Shown here piece after piece: positions 26,478 to 36,800 of a stretch of 54,615 bases of DNA (position 1 is its first letter; every line of letters begins with the position of its first letter). The notes beneath the pieces are model-generated. The model was given only the letters and a program-made list of their open reading frames with translations. It did not search any database and was not told the DNA's origin. The position numbers and the translations under genes are program-made. The stretch comes from Bacillales bacterium UBA2753 (GTDB taxonomy: Bacteria; Bacillota_I; Bacilli_A; RFN20; CAG-826), in the NCBI GenBank assembly GCA_002353275.1, contig DEJH01000021.1:1-54615 (forward strand). The letters are read 5' to 3'.

Positions 26478-27785
26478 TTATTTCTTTATATCCTCGTGAG
26501 AAACTTCTCCAGTGTGTTTAACTTTGCTCCACTTCTTCTTTTTGTTTGGATGGAGAACTCCATCAATAAAAGCAAAAGCGAAATCATAGAAGAAGAACAT
26601 ATAAGTCAATACTCCGATGAATTTATTCTTCTTAGTGAGTTTTAAGCGATCTTCGTCTCTTAAAATCGTAATAATTGCAGGAATTACAAAGCTCATATAA
26701 ACAAGTAAGAGTTGGAAAGCTGCAAAACCAAATAATGTACCAAATTGATAAGCTGGAATGCGGTAAACCACTCCGATAGAAGCAAAGATAATATTAATAA
26801 TTCCAGAAAGAGTCATTACGACATTAAAGATAACAAATGGGATAAGACCACAGTTAAATTCAAAGTTCATAAATGAAAGATAACTTTTTGGATGATAATC
26901 GTATTGGACTCCAGCTTTTTTAAGGAAGCTCCTTCTTTGGAAATATCCCGCTAACCAGCGGAGATGTTGCATATGGACAGTTTTGAAATCTCTAGATTGT
27001 TCATCATAAAAACATACTTCTGGATAATAACGCATATAGATATCGTGAAAATAACAATAAGAAGTGAGTTGAATATCTTCAGTCATTCCAGTAAATATCC
27101 ATCCTCCAGCGTCTTTAATGATATCACTATCAACGTAATAACCAGTTCCCATTAAAGTGGCTTTATGGAAGATATAGCTTCTTCCTTTTGAAGTAACTTG
27201 GTTCATATAGGCAAACATGATTGAACTACCTAAAGTTAACCAGTTAGCGTTCGCATTAGTGAAATTACGATAACCCAAACCAACTTTAACACCGGTTTGT
27301 CTAAGATCATTCATCACTTCGATATAGTTATTATCTAAGATGTTATCAGCATCAAAGATCATATAGGCATCATAATTAAGATTTTCTCTACCGAAATAAT
27401 CGATACATTCTTGAAGAGCGAAACCTTTGGTTTTTCTTCCTTCAACTAGACGGTCTCTTACAAAATATTTGAATCCGAACTCTTTGGTGATTTCAATTGT
27501 TGGATCACTTTCCTTTTCCACGATGACATAGACTTCAAAATGTTCTCTTGGATAAGTTTGATTTTTTAAAGATGTTAAAAGATGAGAAATAACTTTTGAT
27601 TCATTTCTAGCGGCAATTAAGACCGCAAAATTGGTGTAGACATCACTATGAGGGGCTTTTGGAGTTGGTTTAGCGGAAACGCTCCAGAAAGCGAGATAAT
27701 AAATTGACATTAACAAAACGAAAACAATCATTACTGATGTAATCGCAGTCATTAAGTAAATCAATAAATCGTAATTGATTGACAT
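26478..27785 (-). CDS. Membrane-embedded processive family-2 glycosyltransferase (PgaC/IcaA/cellulose-synthase-like)
   Basis: N-terminal TM, FDADN (DxD), GMTEDIQL (TED), QHLRWLAG (QxxRW), about four C-terminal TM helices. Confidence 0.75.
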   Translation of the reverse strand: MSINYDLLIYLMTAITSVMIVFVLLMSIYYLAFWSVSAKPTPKAPHSDVYTNFAVLIAARNESKVISHLLTSLKNQTYPREHFEVYVIVEKESDPTIEITKEFGFKYFVRDRLVEGRKTKGFALQECIDYFGRENLNYDAYMIFDADNILDNNYIEVMNDLRQTGVKVGLGYRNFTNANANWLTLGSSIMFAYMNQVTSKGRSYIFHKATLMGTGYYVDSDIIKDAGGWIFTGMTEDIQLTSYCYFHDIYMRYYPEVCFYDEQSRDFKTVHMQHLRWLAGYFQRRSFLKKAGVQYDYHPKSYLSFMNFEFNCGLIPFVIFNVVMTLSGIINIIFASIGVVYRIPAYQFGTLFGFAAFQLLLVYMSFVIPAIITILRDEDRLKLTKKNKFIGVLTYMFFFYDFAFAFIDGVLHPNKKKKWSKVKHTGEVSHEDIKK

Positions 27786-28453
27786 TATTTTTCCTCTACA
27801 ATCATCATCTTATTGACGTGGATGAATAAGAAATAGATAAATCCAGTTAGTAAGATTGATCCAATGATATCAGTTAACCAATGTTTTAGGGCCATAGAAC
27901 GGGAAAAAACAATTAGTAAGCAAATTAATAAGGTTGAAGCGTAAATGAGGTAAGAGAGCCATTTTTTCTCACTGTTTAGGAGTTTTAAGGAAACATAACT
28001 ATTCATTAAGAATAATGACGAACCAATAAAGACGTGAGTGGATGGATAGCTCGCCTTTAATCCTTTTGATAAATCCGGAGAATAATTAAGTTTCATCACT
28101 TCAAAGATGAAATATATAGCGACAAGAACAACATATCCTCCTAAAAGGATGAATAATCTTTTGTCCACTTTTAGTAATGATTTATTTTTGATCCATTGAA
28201 TAACTCCAATGACACCCATCACTAAAGTAAAAACAAAAGAGAGATATAAGAAGAGATCACTAATTTTTGCAAAGTCAGTATATTTCTCTGTTGAGATAAC
28301 GTAATTAGAAAAATCAATATTGAAATGGGATAAACCTAAATATGTATTACTAACAGGAAGATAGGTAACATCAACAGTTTTAAAAACAATTGTAAAAATG
28401 ATGAAGCTAAGGGCGAATACACCACTAATTAATAAATAAGAGAATTTTTTCAT
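27785..28453 (-). CDS. PAP2-family membrane phosphatase
   Basis: YPSTHV (PSGH-like) and SRSMALKHWLTDI (SRxxxxxHxxxD). Six TM helices. Overlaps the GT2 start by 1 nt. Confidence 0.7.
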   Translation of the reverse strand: MKKFSYLLISGVFALSFIIFTIVFKTVDVTYLPVSNTYLGLSHFNIDFSNYVISTEKYTDFAKISDLFLYLSFVFTLVMGVIGVIQWIKNKSLLKVDKRLFILLGGYVVLVAIYFIFEVMKLNYSPDLSKGLKASYPSTHVFIGSSLFLMNSYVSLKLLNSEKKWLSYLIYASTLLICLLIVFSRSMALKHWLTDIIGSILLTGFIYFLFIHVNKMMIVEEK

Positions 28454-28532
28454 AAGAAAACCCTAATATATTTACTCACAATTCGTGCACATATGCAAGC
28501 ATATATTAGGGTTAGATAAATATATTTATCTA

Positions 28533-31500
28533 TTATTTAGACATATAGGAGTGACGATTATTCACTTGAGCGGTGAAATTAACTCCGTAAATATTATTGA
28601 AAGCAGTATTGGCTTTCTTATCCCAAGTGTCGTTAACATTTGGATTAACAACATTCTCGATTGTGAAATCTGCAGAAATGTTGATATTAATTAAGACAGT
28701 AATCTTGGTGTCGACATGTAATGAACCAATCACTTCTTTATCATTATATTTAGCACCACTAATGGTGACATTGAGTTGATTGAGTTCACTTACATTAGTA
28801 AGTCCACCTAAATTAATAGCGGCGCTAATGGTATGGGTGTTACTACCAGTACAGGTGAAACCATTACTTCCAACAAATAAGTTAGCGTAATCTCCTGGAG
28901 CTTTTTCTCCTTCGCTTGTGGTAAGTTTACCAATCTTATTAATCGCGTTATCGCTTAAACCGAGTAAGTTGCCGAGTAAGTAATCACCGATATTGTCTAA
29001 GAAGTAATCACTTGTAGCGCGGTAATGTTTAATCTTTGTGGAATCAACTTTTCCAGTAATGGAACCAACTTTGTTGATTGTTCTCTTGATATCGAAATAG
29101 CCACCAACTTTGTTATCAGTGTTATCTTCATAAGTGACGAATGTGAATTCAGAAATTAATTCTTGTTTGTAGAAGAGATAATATTGATAGTCTTCACTAA
29201 CTTCACCAATCACAAGTGGGATAGCAGGAACGATAGGCATACCAGTAATCTTTCCATAGACCCAGACTCTTTCGTTAACAATCTTGACGAATGCTTCAAC
29301 TGATAAGGTTGGATTAATAACACTTAAGATATCAAGATTAACAGTTCCTTTTAAGTGGAAATAGTTAAGATCAGTAGTATTGATACCCATTTGTAATAAA
29401 GTCTTAATACCATCTAATGGTAAGAAGGTTTCGTTAACTCTATCAATTGTGCTAGCTTGAATAGAAGCAGAATCATAATCGAGTAAGGAGATGGTGAGAT
29501 TGACGTATTTACGTCCATCATTTTCTCCTTCGACTTTACCTAAAACTAAGTTATTGATGGAGATTGATTCAATTCTTCTATCTTCACTAGTGTTATCTCC
29601 AGCAAAATTAATTTTGAGATTTAAATCTCCGCCTAAGCCAAGAAGAGAACCTCCAACAACAATTTCAAGGCCTTTGCCGTTATCAAATTGAGCGATTTTC
29701 TTCACAACATCTTTACCCGCTAAACGGACAAAGTCTTTTTCAGAAATGATATTAGTGAGTTCAGAGACACCTAATAAAGAAGTAATAGGTTCGATGAACT
29801 TAGTGAATTTTGGATTATTTTCATTAGTGTTGATGAAATCTTTAATTAAGTTAACGATATCAATGACAGATTGAATTTTCACTTTTCCTCTAAGGACTCC
29901 ATTAGAGACACTTGTGGAATAATGGAACATCACTTCATTTAAGTTACCGACTTCTTTATCATATTCGACGGAGTTATCGACATCTAAAGCGATATTGTGT
30001 TTGCACCAAATCTTATTTGGATCATATTGATATTGGTCAATAGTGAGATTACCAAATCCAGCTTTAACACCTTCGTGGTTATCAAATTTACCAGTGCCAC
30101 TTACTTCAATACCGAGGTTTTTACTATCTCTAACAGAAGCAGTAACGGCAAATCCGGTCTTTTGTTCTTGAACAAGTTCAGTTACTTGATCTAAAACTGA
30201 TGGGACAAAAGTAATCTTATCAAATGAATTAGCTTCGCTTGCTTCAATTCTTCTAGTTGGGTTAAATGCACCGCTATTAGCATTTAAAGCTAAATCGTAT
30301 TTACCAAAGGAAATACCACTAGCGGATAAATTTAAGACATGGGCACTTTCACTAGCGGAAGAATCTAAAGTTAAATCAACTCTAGCGTTTTCTCCAATAT
30401 TAAGTCCACCTAAATTAAGACCTAAATAAATAGCGTGATCATCATTAGATAAATTTTCGAGGATATCTAAGATAAAGGAATAATCTCCTTTTTCAATTGC
30501 ACTTTTAACTTCGGTACCATCTAAGAAAGATAATAAGGAAGAAAGTGATTTTTCTTCACTATCACCACTGATAGCGTTAATTAAAGCAGGAATCTTTTCA
30601 ACAATCTTGTTAGTGGTTTCAGTATCAATAACAACTTTCATCACTGCTTCTAATTGTCCATTTTGATCTTCATCTTCATTATAAATGAGATAGGCATTAC
30701 CATCATTTTGGAAAGAAAGAACGAGATTAGCGTAAGTGGTCTTCACGTTATCAGCGATTTGATTTAATTTTAATTGGAAGTTAAATCCAGTCTTTTCTTT
30801 AACATTGTTAATGAATTCTTGGATATCGGCTTTAATATCGATTGGCTCATTATCTTCTACTTGAGCTTTTTCTTCCTCTTTAGCGGCTCTATTGTAATAT
30901 TTTTCTAAATCTAATAATTCAGATAAGTCAACGTTAATTGAGCCTTCAACATTTAAGACATTTTTAGTGGAAACATAAGTTTCTTCTTTGGTGTCTGGAT
31001 TAACATTATATTTGTTGTAATCAAGATCAGCGTTAAAGTTTAAACCAAATTTTTGGTTATCATCTTTAGAGAAGAAATTAGCGAGTTTTCTAATCCAACC
31101 ACTATAATGGAACATTTCAATATAGTTATATGGTTGATTGGTTTTTGGGTTAATTCTTTGAGCAGGGGAAACATATTCAGAGAGTTCAGCGATTGTAAAA
31201 TCAATTGAACCACCAAAATTGATACCCATAATGGAGTTTGCACCTAAATCAACTTTCTTGATGGTGTAATCACTATCACTAACGATATCAATATTAATTG
31301 ATTCGGTCTTTCCTTCTTTAGTCATAGAGACACTAATTGGGAAATGAATATCTCCAGTAGATGGATCAGCTTGTCCTTGAGTGTCAATAGAAAAAGATGT
31401 TTGAGGTTTTTCTGCTTTTACATCTTTATCACCATCATCTGTGACGAATAATGAAGTAATGGTGTCTAAAGAGAAACCACTCTTCAAGAATTTAGTAATA

Positions 31501-32126
31501 TATTGTTCAACATCACCAATCATCGCTTCAAAGTCAAATCCACTTTTATCTTCACCTAAGACATCTTTGATGGTGGCTAAGATATTTTCTGGATTTTCTT
31601 CATCAAAAGAATCGACTGTACATTTAAGTCTTAAATCTTTTAAACCGAAATATAATTCGTTATTGAAGAATCCTAAATCAAGTGGGAAATGTTTTCCGTT
31701 GTAATCTAAATCTAAATCAAGGTTGAAATCGATATCGATTAAAGCGGCCATCCTAAAATCTAATTCACCGTTAACTTTTAAGGTGTTTAAATTATCGTTA
31801 TTTTCAACCTTGTAATTTAGATAGACATCATTGAAATCAGCCTTTAAGAAATGTTCGACTTTTTCTTCTGGAACTTCTTCAGGTTTATCTTCCCCTTTCA
31901 TTCCAACATCGTTTTTAAGTTTATCGACGAACATCTCAAATGGTGATTTTTTTGCTTCTTCAGTGACAATAGAGAGAATCTTTTCTCTATTTGGGGTTAA
32001 TAAATAACCTCCCACGAGTGTACCAGCGAAAGCGAAAAAACCCGCTCCGACTTTGGCAGTCACTTTTAAGAACTTTTTAAATTTAGTTTCTTCTTTCTTG
32101 TTAACTTGTTTTGTTGTTACTTTCAT
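28533..32126 (-). CDS. 1197-aa N-terminally anchored extracytoplasmic protein, beta-rich, unknown function
   Basis: A single N-terminal TM (VGAGFFAFAGTLVGGYLL), then a long region rich in N/D/S/T/G. I recognised no motif. Confidence 0.6.
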   Translation of the reverse strand: MKVTTKQVNKKEETKFKKFLKVTAKVGAGFFAFAGTLVGGYLLTPNREKILSIVTEEAKKSPFEMFVDKLKNDVGMKGEDKPEEVPEEKVEHFLKADFNDVYLNYKVENNDNLNTLKVNGELDFRMAALIDIDFNLDLDLDYNGKHFPLDLGFFNNELYFGLKDLRLKCTVDSFDEENPENILATIKDVLGEDKSGFDFEAMIGDVEQYITKFLKSGFSLDTITSLFVTDDGDKDVKAEKPQTSFSIDTQGQADPSTGDIHFPISVSMTKEGKTESINIDIVSDSDYTIKKVDLGANSIMGINFGGSIDFTIAELSEYVSPAQRINPKTNQPYNYIEMFHYSGWIRKLANFFSKDDNQKFGLNFNADLDYNKYNVNPDTKEETYVSTKNVLNVEGSINVDLSELLDLEKYYNRAAKEEEKAQVEDNEPIDIKADIQEFINNVKEKTGFNFQLKLNQIADNVKTTYANLVLSFQNDGNAYLIYNEDEDQNGQLEAVMKVVIDTETTNKIVEKIPALINAISGDSEEKSLSSLLSFLDGTEVKSAIEKGDYSFILDILENLSNDDHAIYLGLNLGGLNIGENARVDLTLDSSASESAHVLNLSASGISFGKYDLALNANSGAFNPTRRIEASEANSFDKITFVPSVLDQVTELVQEQKTGFAVTASVRDSKNLGIEVSGTGKFDNHEGVKAGFGNLTIDQYQYDPNKIWCKHNIALDVDNSVEYDKEVGNLNEVMFHYSTSVSNGVLRGKVKIQSVIDIVNLIKDFINTNENNPKFTKFIEPITSLLGVSELTNIISEKDFVRLAGKDVVKKIAQFDNGKGLEIVVGGSLLGLGGDLNLKINFAGDNTSEDRRIESISINNLVLGKVEGENDGRKYVNLTISLLDYDSASIQASTIDRVNETFLPLDGIKTLLQMGINTTDLNYFHLKGTVNLDILSVINPTLSVEAFVKIVNERVWVYGKITGMPIVPAIPLVIGEVSEDYQYYLFYKQELISEFTFVTYEDNTDNKVGGYFDIKRTINKVGSITGKVDSTKIKHYRATSDYFLDNIGDYLLGNLLGLSDNAINKIGKLTTSEGEKAPGDYANLFVGSNGFTCTGSNTHTISAAINLGGLTNVSELNQLNVTISGAKYNDKEVIGSLHVDTKITVLININISADFTIENVVNPNVNDTWDKKANTAFNNIYGVNFTAQVNNRHSYMSK

Positions 32127-32131
32127 AATAT

Positions 32132-33028
32132 TTACTCCTCAACTTTATAGTTAAATGGTGTATTCAAATCTGGGATATCACGTATACCGCCTGCGTAATA
32201 GTGATATGTGAGCGTATTGCGCGTTTCAGGTGACATACCGAACTTCGCAGCTTTATACACTTCATCGACATCTAATCTCTTGAGGACCATTTCATTACTG
32301 AACGTATATGTATGATTCACTTTAGAGAATTGCGGTAAGTTATCTAACTCCGATATCGATTTCATCTGGGTCTTGTAATAGAAGGTAGAAATGTTAGTGT
32401 CTAATTCAAGATTGATCACAATATCTCCATTTTCATTCTTACGAGAACTAGATTTAGTGGTTTTATTAGAAATGATGTAGATAAACATTTCATCAGGTGT
32501 CTTTCCTAAATAGCCTTTATATCCTTCTTTATTAAATATAGATGGACTAGAGGTATAAGAAGCGACTTCTGCATTATTTGGAGAGCCTGAGTATAATTTC
32601 ACTTCATCTCCTGGGACAAGTTGAGTTGATCTTTTTGCAACTCCCACCATTCCGTTAGAGATTTGTTCTTCGAAGTAAGTGGTTACTCCATCAATCGTTC
32701 TTTTAATTTCTCCATTACGCACGGATTGTACGGTTACACCTGCGTCAGCGTTACCCATGCCTACCCAATATGAATTATCATGTTCCTTATATAACTCAAG
32801 GCCGATATTCACGAGTTCAGCATCGGTGAATCCATTGATGGAATGTGATGACTTATAAGCTGCTAGATTTTCAGCTAATTTTTCATCACGGTATTCTTCA
32901 GGAGAGAATCCAGGTGGATATTTCTCATCAACTGGACCAATAGTCCTTTTAAGAATTACCCCTGTTCCCGCTCCCGCAGTTCCGGAGATTCCAACGATTA
33001 GTAAGTAAGCTAATAATGTTTTGTTCAT
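32132..33028 (-). CDS. 298-aa N-terminally anchored extracytoplasmic protein, unknown function
   Basis: Signal/anchor MNKTLLAYLLIVGISGTAGAG. 5-nt gap to the 1197-aa gene. Confidence 0.55.
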   Translation of the reverse strand: MNKTLLAYLLIVGISGTAGAGTGVILKRTIGPVDEKYPPGFSPEEYRDEKLAENLAAYKSSHSINGFTDAELVNIGLELYKEHDNSYWVGMGNADAGVTVQSVRNGEIKRTIDGVTTYFEEQISNGMVGVAKRSTQLVPGDEVKLYSGSPNNAEVASYTSSPSIFNKEGYKGYLGKTPDEMFIYIISNKTTKSSSRKNENGDIVINLELDTNISTFYYKTQMKSISELDNLPQFSKVNHTYTFSNEMVLKRLDVDEVYKAAKFGMSPETRNTLTYHYYAGGIRDIPDLNTPFNYKVEE

Positions 33029-33084
33029 TCCTAACTCCGCCGAAAATTATATACACGTGTAAATACGTATGCGCTCTAAAGATT

Positions 33085-33130
33085 CTCTCCGAAATGTGAG
33101 AGTTGATGTTTTACTCTCCAAATATGAGAG
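33085..33130. promoter_or_regulatory. Two tandem palindromic operator-like sites in the divergent intergenic region
   Basis: CTCTCCGAAATGTGAGAG (33085-33102) and CTCTCCAAATATGAGAG (33114-33130), each with CTCTC/GAGAG arms. Confidence 0.5.
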
Positions 33131-33213
33131 TTAAATATAAAATAATTGAGTTCTTGCGCTTTTTCTTCTCTAAAAGTTCTTGCAAAAAAAATTTGACAAA
33201 TTAGAATATAGTT

Positions 33214-33825
33214 ATGGAAAAATTAGGAACAATCATAGGTACAAACCTTACATTTTTAAGAAAAAAAGCCGGGTTAACACAGCTCGAATTCGGTGAAAAA
33301 TTTAACTATTCTGATAGGACAGTCTCTAAGTGGGAACTTGGAGATATCATCCCATCAGTAGAAGTATTAAAGAGCATTGCGGACTTCTATGGAGTCACTG
33401 TAGATTTCATATTAAAAGAACACGCCAGCGATAAAGATTTCTTCTCAATTGTTAAGAAAGTTCCAGATGTTGGTAATAAGATTACTGTTACAGCTTTAAT
33501 CGTTATTATTCTTTACGCGATTGCGGTTACTATCCATATTGCTTCTATCTTTGATATGCACACCTCAGATATGCATGTTAACTTATGGTGGACTGTTTAT
33601 ATGTGGATGGTACCTGTTTCCGCTCTTATTATTGCTGTTTCTTCAAAAAAGTTATTTAAAAGTAATAAACTAATGTTTATATGGATATCAGTAGCGGTAT
33701 GGACAATTCTTATCTCTGCCTTTGTAACAGCTTATTTCACAAAAAATAATTTCTATTGGTACTTATTCTTTATTGGAGTACCAGTTCAAATTGCAATCAT
33801 TTTAATGATGAGACTAAGAAAATAA
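33214..33825 (+). CDS. XRE-family HTH regulator with four C-terminal TM helices
   Basis: LRKKAGLTQLEFGEKFNYSDRTVSKWELG HTH, followed by hydrophobic segments. Confidence 0.8.
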   Translation: MEKLGTIIGTNLTFLRKKAGLTQLEFGEKFNYSDRTVSKWELGDIIPSVEVLKSIADFYGVTVDFILKEHASDKDFFSIVKKVPDVGNKITVTALIVIILYAIAVTIHIASIFDMHTSDMHVNLWWTVYMWMVPVSALIIAVSSKKLFKSNKLMFIWISVAVWTILISAFVTAYFTKNNFYWYLFFIGVPVQIAIILMMRLRK

Positions 33826-33876
33826 AAAAGCATCTAGGAGATGCCAATAGTTAAAGATCCGTTATATACGGATCTT

Positions 33877-36800
33877 TTAATCTTCTTTTTTCTTTCTAAG
33901 TAAGAAATATCCACCTATCGCAATAGTGGCAATGCCAACAGTAACCACCACTATGATAGTTGTGTTATTAATTGAGTTATTTAAAATAGCAGGAATTCTA
34001 GAAATATTAGAAATTGAGTAATCTCCATTAACATAGTCAATAGTCTTTCCTTGATGTCTAGCCCAAGCTTCTAATCTTTCTCTAGCAGTAGAAATAACAT
34101 AATCACTACTGGACATAAAGGTGTTTCTACCTTCAACAGTGAGCTCCTCGAAATAACCTTTAGCTATAGTAAATTTAGTTGTGCATTGGTTATTAGTATC
34201 CTCATACATAATGTAATTAGCAACATTTTCAGGGGATTGTGTATCCGTACCACCTGACTTTTTATAAATTTCAACAGCGTTTCCAGTAGTAGCGTCACTT
34301 GCATAGCAGGAAAAAATAGATGGGTTGTTTGAATAATTTGATCTAATATTAGCCCTATTAGTTGACGCTGTGGCATTTATAGTAGCAATACCATTACTAA
34401 AAGTAATGGCAAACGCCCCATTAACGTTATTTGTGCTCTGCGTTCTAAGATAGTTCTTAGAAGCTCCAGCTCCATATAAATAACCATCTCCTGTGTATAA
34501 CCCAAAAGAATCAGCAGGCGCACCTTGGATATTTGCTGTACTAGTTAATGTTAATTGCTGTGGCACCACATCTCCAGCAGTCCAGGATATTGTATTATTA
34601 GATTTTGTAATAGCTACCGATCCTCTGTTATTGTCATTTTGAGTTGTACTAAGTGCAACACTTTGAACACTATCAGCTATAACTATTACATCTCCTATGG
34701 ATAATGATGAAACGGATGTAACTTTATTCCAAGAAATGGTTGGAACAATGGTTTCATATTCTTTTCTTTGAACTTGCACAGTTAAGTCACAAGTTAAATT
34801 GCTATATTCAACAGCACTCTTAAATGTTTTTGAAGTTAAACTTCCACCACTTGCAGCATCCTCATAGTCAAATTGATAATTTTCTAGTTCAAAAGTAAAG
34901 CCATCTACATTGTTACCATTATTGTCAGTAACTGTAATATCTGATGAAACAATGGTTTCACCAACATAATAAGTTTTATTTACTGTTGCGGTAATGCTTG
35001 AAATAGGAGCATCTGCAACAGTGATATCGTAAGTTGCTGTTTTGCCACTATAAGTGACAGTGACTGTTTTATTTCCGGTTTGAGTTAAATCAGGAGTACT
35101 AACTGTGTAACCAGATTCGACAACTTCACTACTGGTATCACTATAATTAGCGGTCACAACTAAACCTGCATAAGTAAAGACGTCGTTTATAGTAAATGAT
35201 TTCTTTACTGCAGAAGTATTTAAGGTAATGCTAGTTAAGGTTACACTACCGCCAGATTGATAAGAGTAAGTTACTGAAATTGAAGTGAACTTAACTTGCC
35301 CATTTGTTGCAGAACCTGAATTGCCTACTGTAAAAGTAGCGGAAGTTCCGCTTAAAGAAACACTATCTTCACTATTAACGTCATTTTCCAAAGAATCTTT
35401 TAATTGACCTGTACTAGAAACGTTGTAAGTAAAAGTTACGCTTTCAAGAGTATAATCATCTAGAACGCTTATCACAATAGTTGCGCTTTCTGACTGATAA
35501 AAGCGCCATTCACCACTATTACTATAATATTTTCCTGTATTAGATCCGCCAGTACCAACCGATGCGGTTGCAACAGCATCCAACTGTACGGATGTATATT
35601 TAGTTGCATTTTCCCAACTATTACTACTAGCGTAGTTCGAAATAGATGTAGATGCTGTGACTTCTATAGAACCACCGCCTCCACCTGTTGTAGGAGTGAA
35701 TGTTACTGAACCAGCATCTGAATCAGTATAACCACTACCAGCTTTAGCAATAACAGATAAAGTATGTTGAGCACCAGTAGTTAAACCACTGACATCATAT
35801 GGGGAAGTGGCGGTTACATAACTTCCACTGTCGACTTTAACTTGGTAACTTGTTGCACTAGCAACATTAGGCCAAGATACTTTCTTTGTTGAATTGTTAA
35901 AAGTTGGCGTTGGAGTAGCTAATTTAACAGGAACATATTCATTAACTGTCACACTACAAGATTTAGAATATGTTTGTCCGCTTATAGTAATAGAGGCGGT
36001 TATAGTAACAGGTGTATTAGACGCTGCAACAGCATTAATTGTGACATTAGAACCGCTAGCAGCTTTAGTTGGACTAACTGTTGCAACAGTGGTATCACTA
36101 CTTGACCAAGTAATTTCGCCACTATTACTGGAAATAGCATTAATTGTGGTTGATTGGCCTTCTGTTAATGTAACTGAGTTTTTGGAAATTGAAGTGATAC
36201 CAACTGAAGGTGTTAATTTTCCATTAACAACCTCTCCAGAAGATGTATCTTCCCAGTTAGCGCCTGTAGAAGGATATGTTCCACCCCAAATAAGATCAAC
36301 CCATGAAGGGTGATCAATAAATGGATTTCTATTATTTTGTTGGCCTTGAACTTTGGTATTTCTACTAATTTCCCAATCTGATACTGGGTCATCGTGGTGC
36401 CACTTAAGAAGCATATCTAAATATTTCTGAACAAATCCATTTTTTCCGGAGGCTTTAAAAACTTTAGCCCCGTCACCATTTGTCCAATTTGTTACCTTAC
36501 CAGCGCCTTCTCCACCGCTCCAATAGCACGCAACAGCATAAAAATATATTCTAGCTAAATCACCTTTTCTATTATCAAATGGTTCAAAAACCGTTCCTGA
36601 AACATATTGAGTAGCGGTTGAAGTACCATATCTATTTTCATATGTGTCATCATCCATTTTCCATGATGCACCATTTGCTGTAATGCCATAAGGATAATTG
36701 GATCTCACACCATTTATTTTTGCATCACTAGGCAAAACAATAAATAAATCGCATCCTTGTTTAGTTGTTCCATCATTCCACCATGATTTAGGAATTGTGT

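Noticed and set aside
28533-32126. AsmA/TamB-like lipid-transport identity for the 1197-aa N-anchored protein, because of its single N-terminal anchor, beta-rich sequence and lipid-gene neighbours.
   Set aside because: I recognise no diagnostic motif, and such proteins are characteristic of diderms. It is left as a structure-prediction check rather than a claim.
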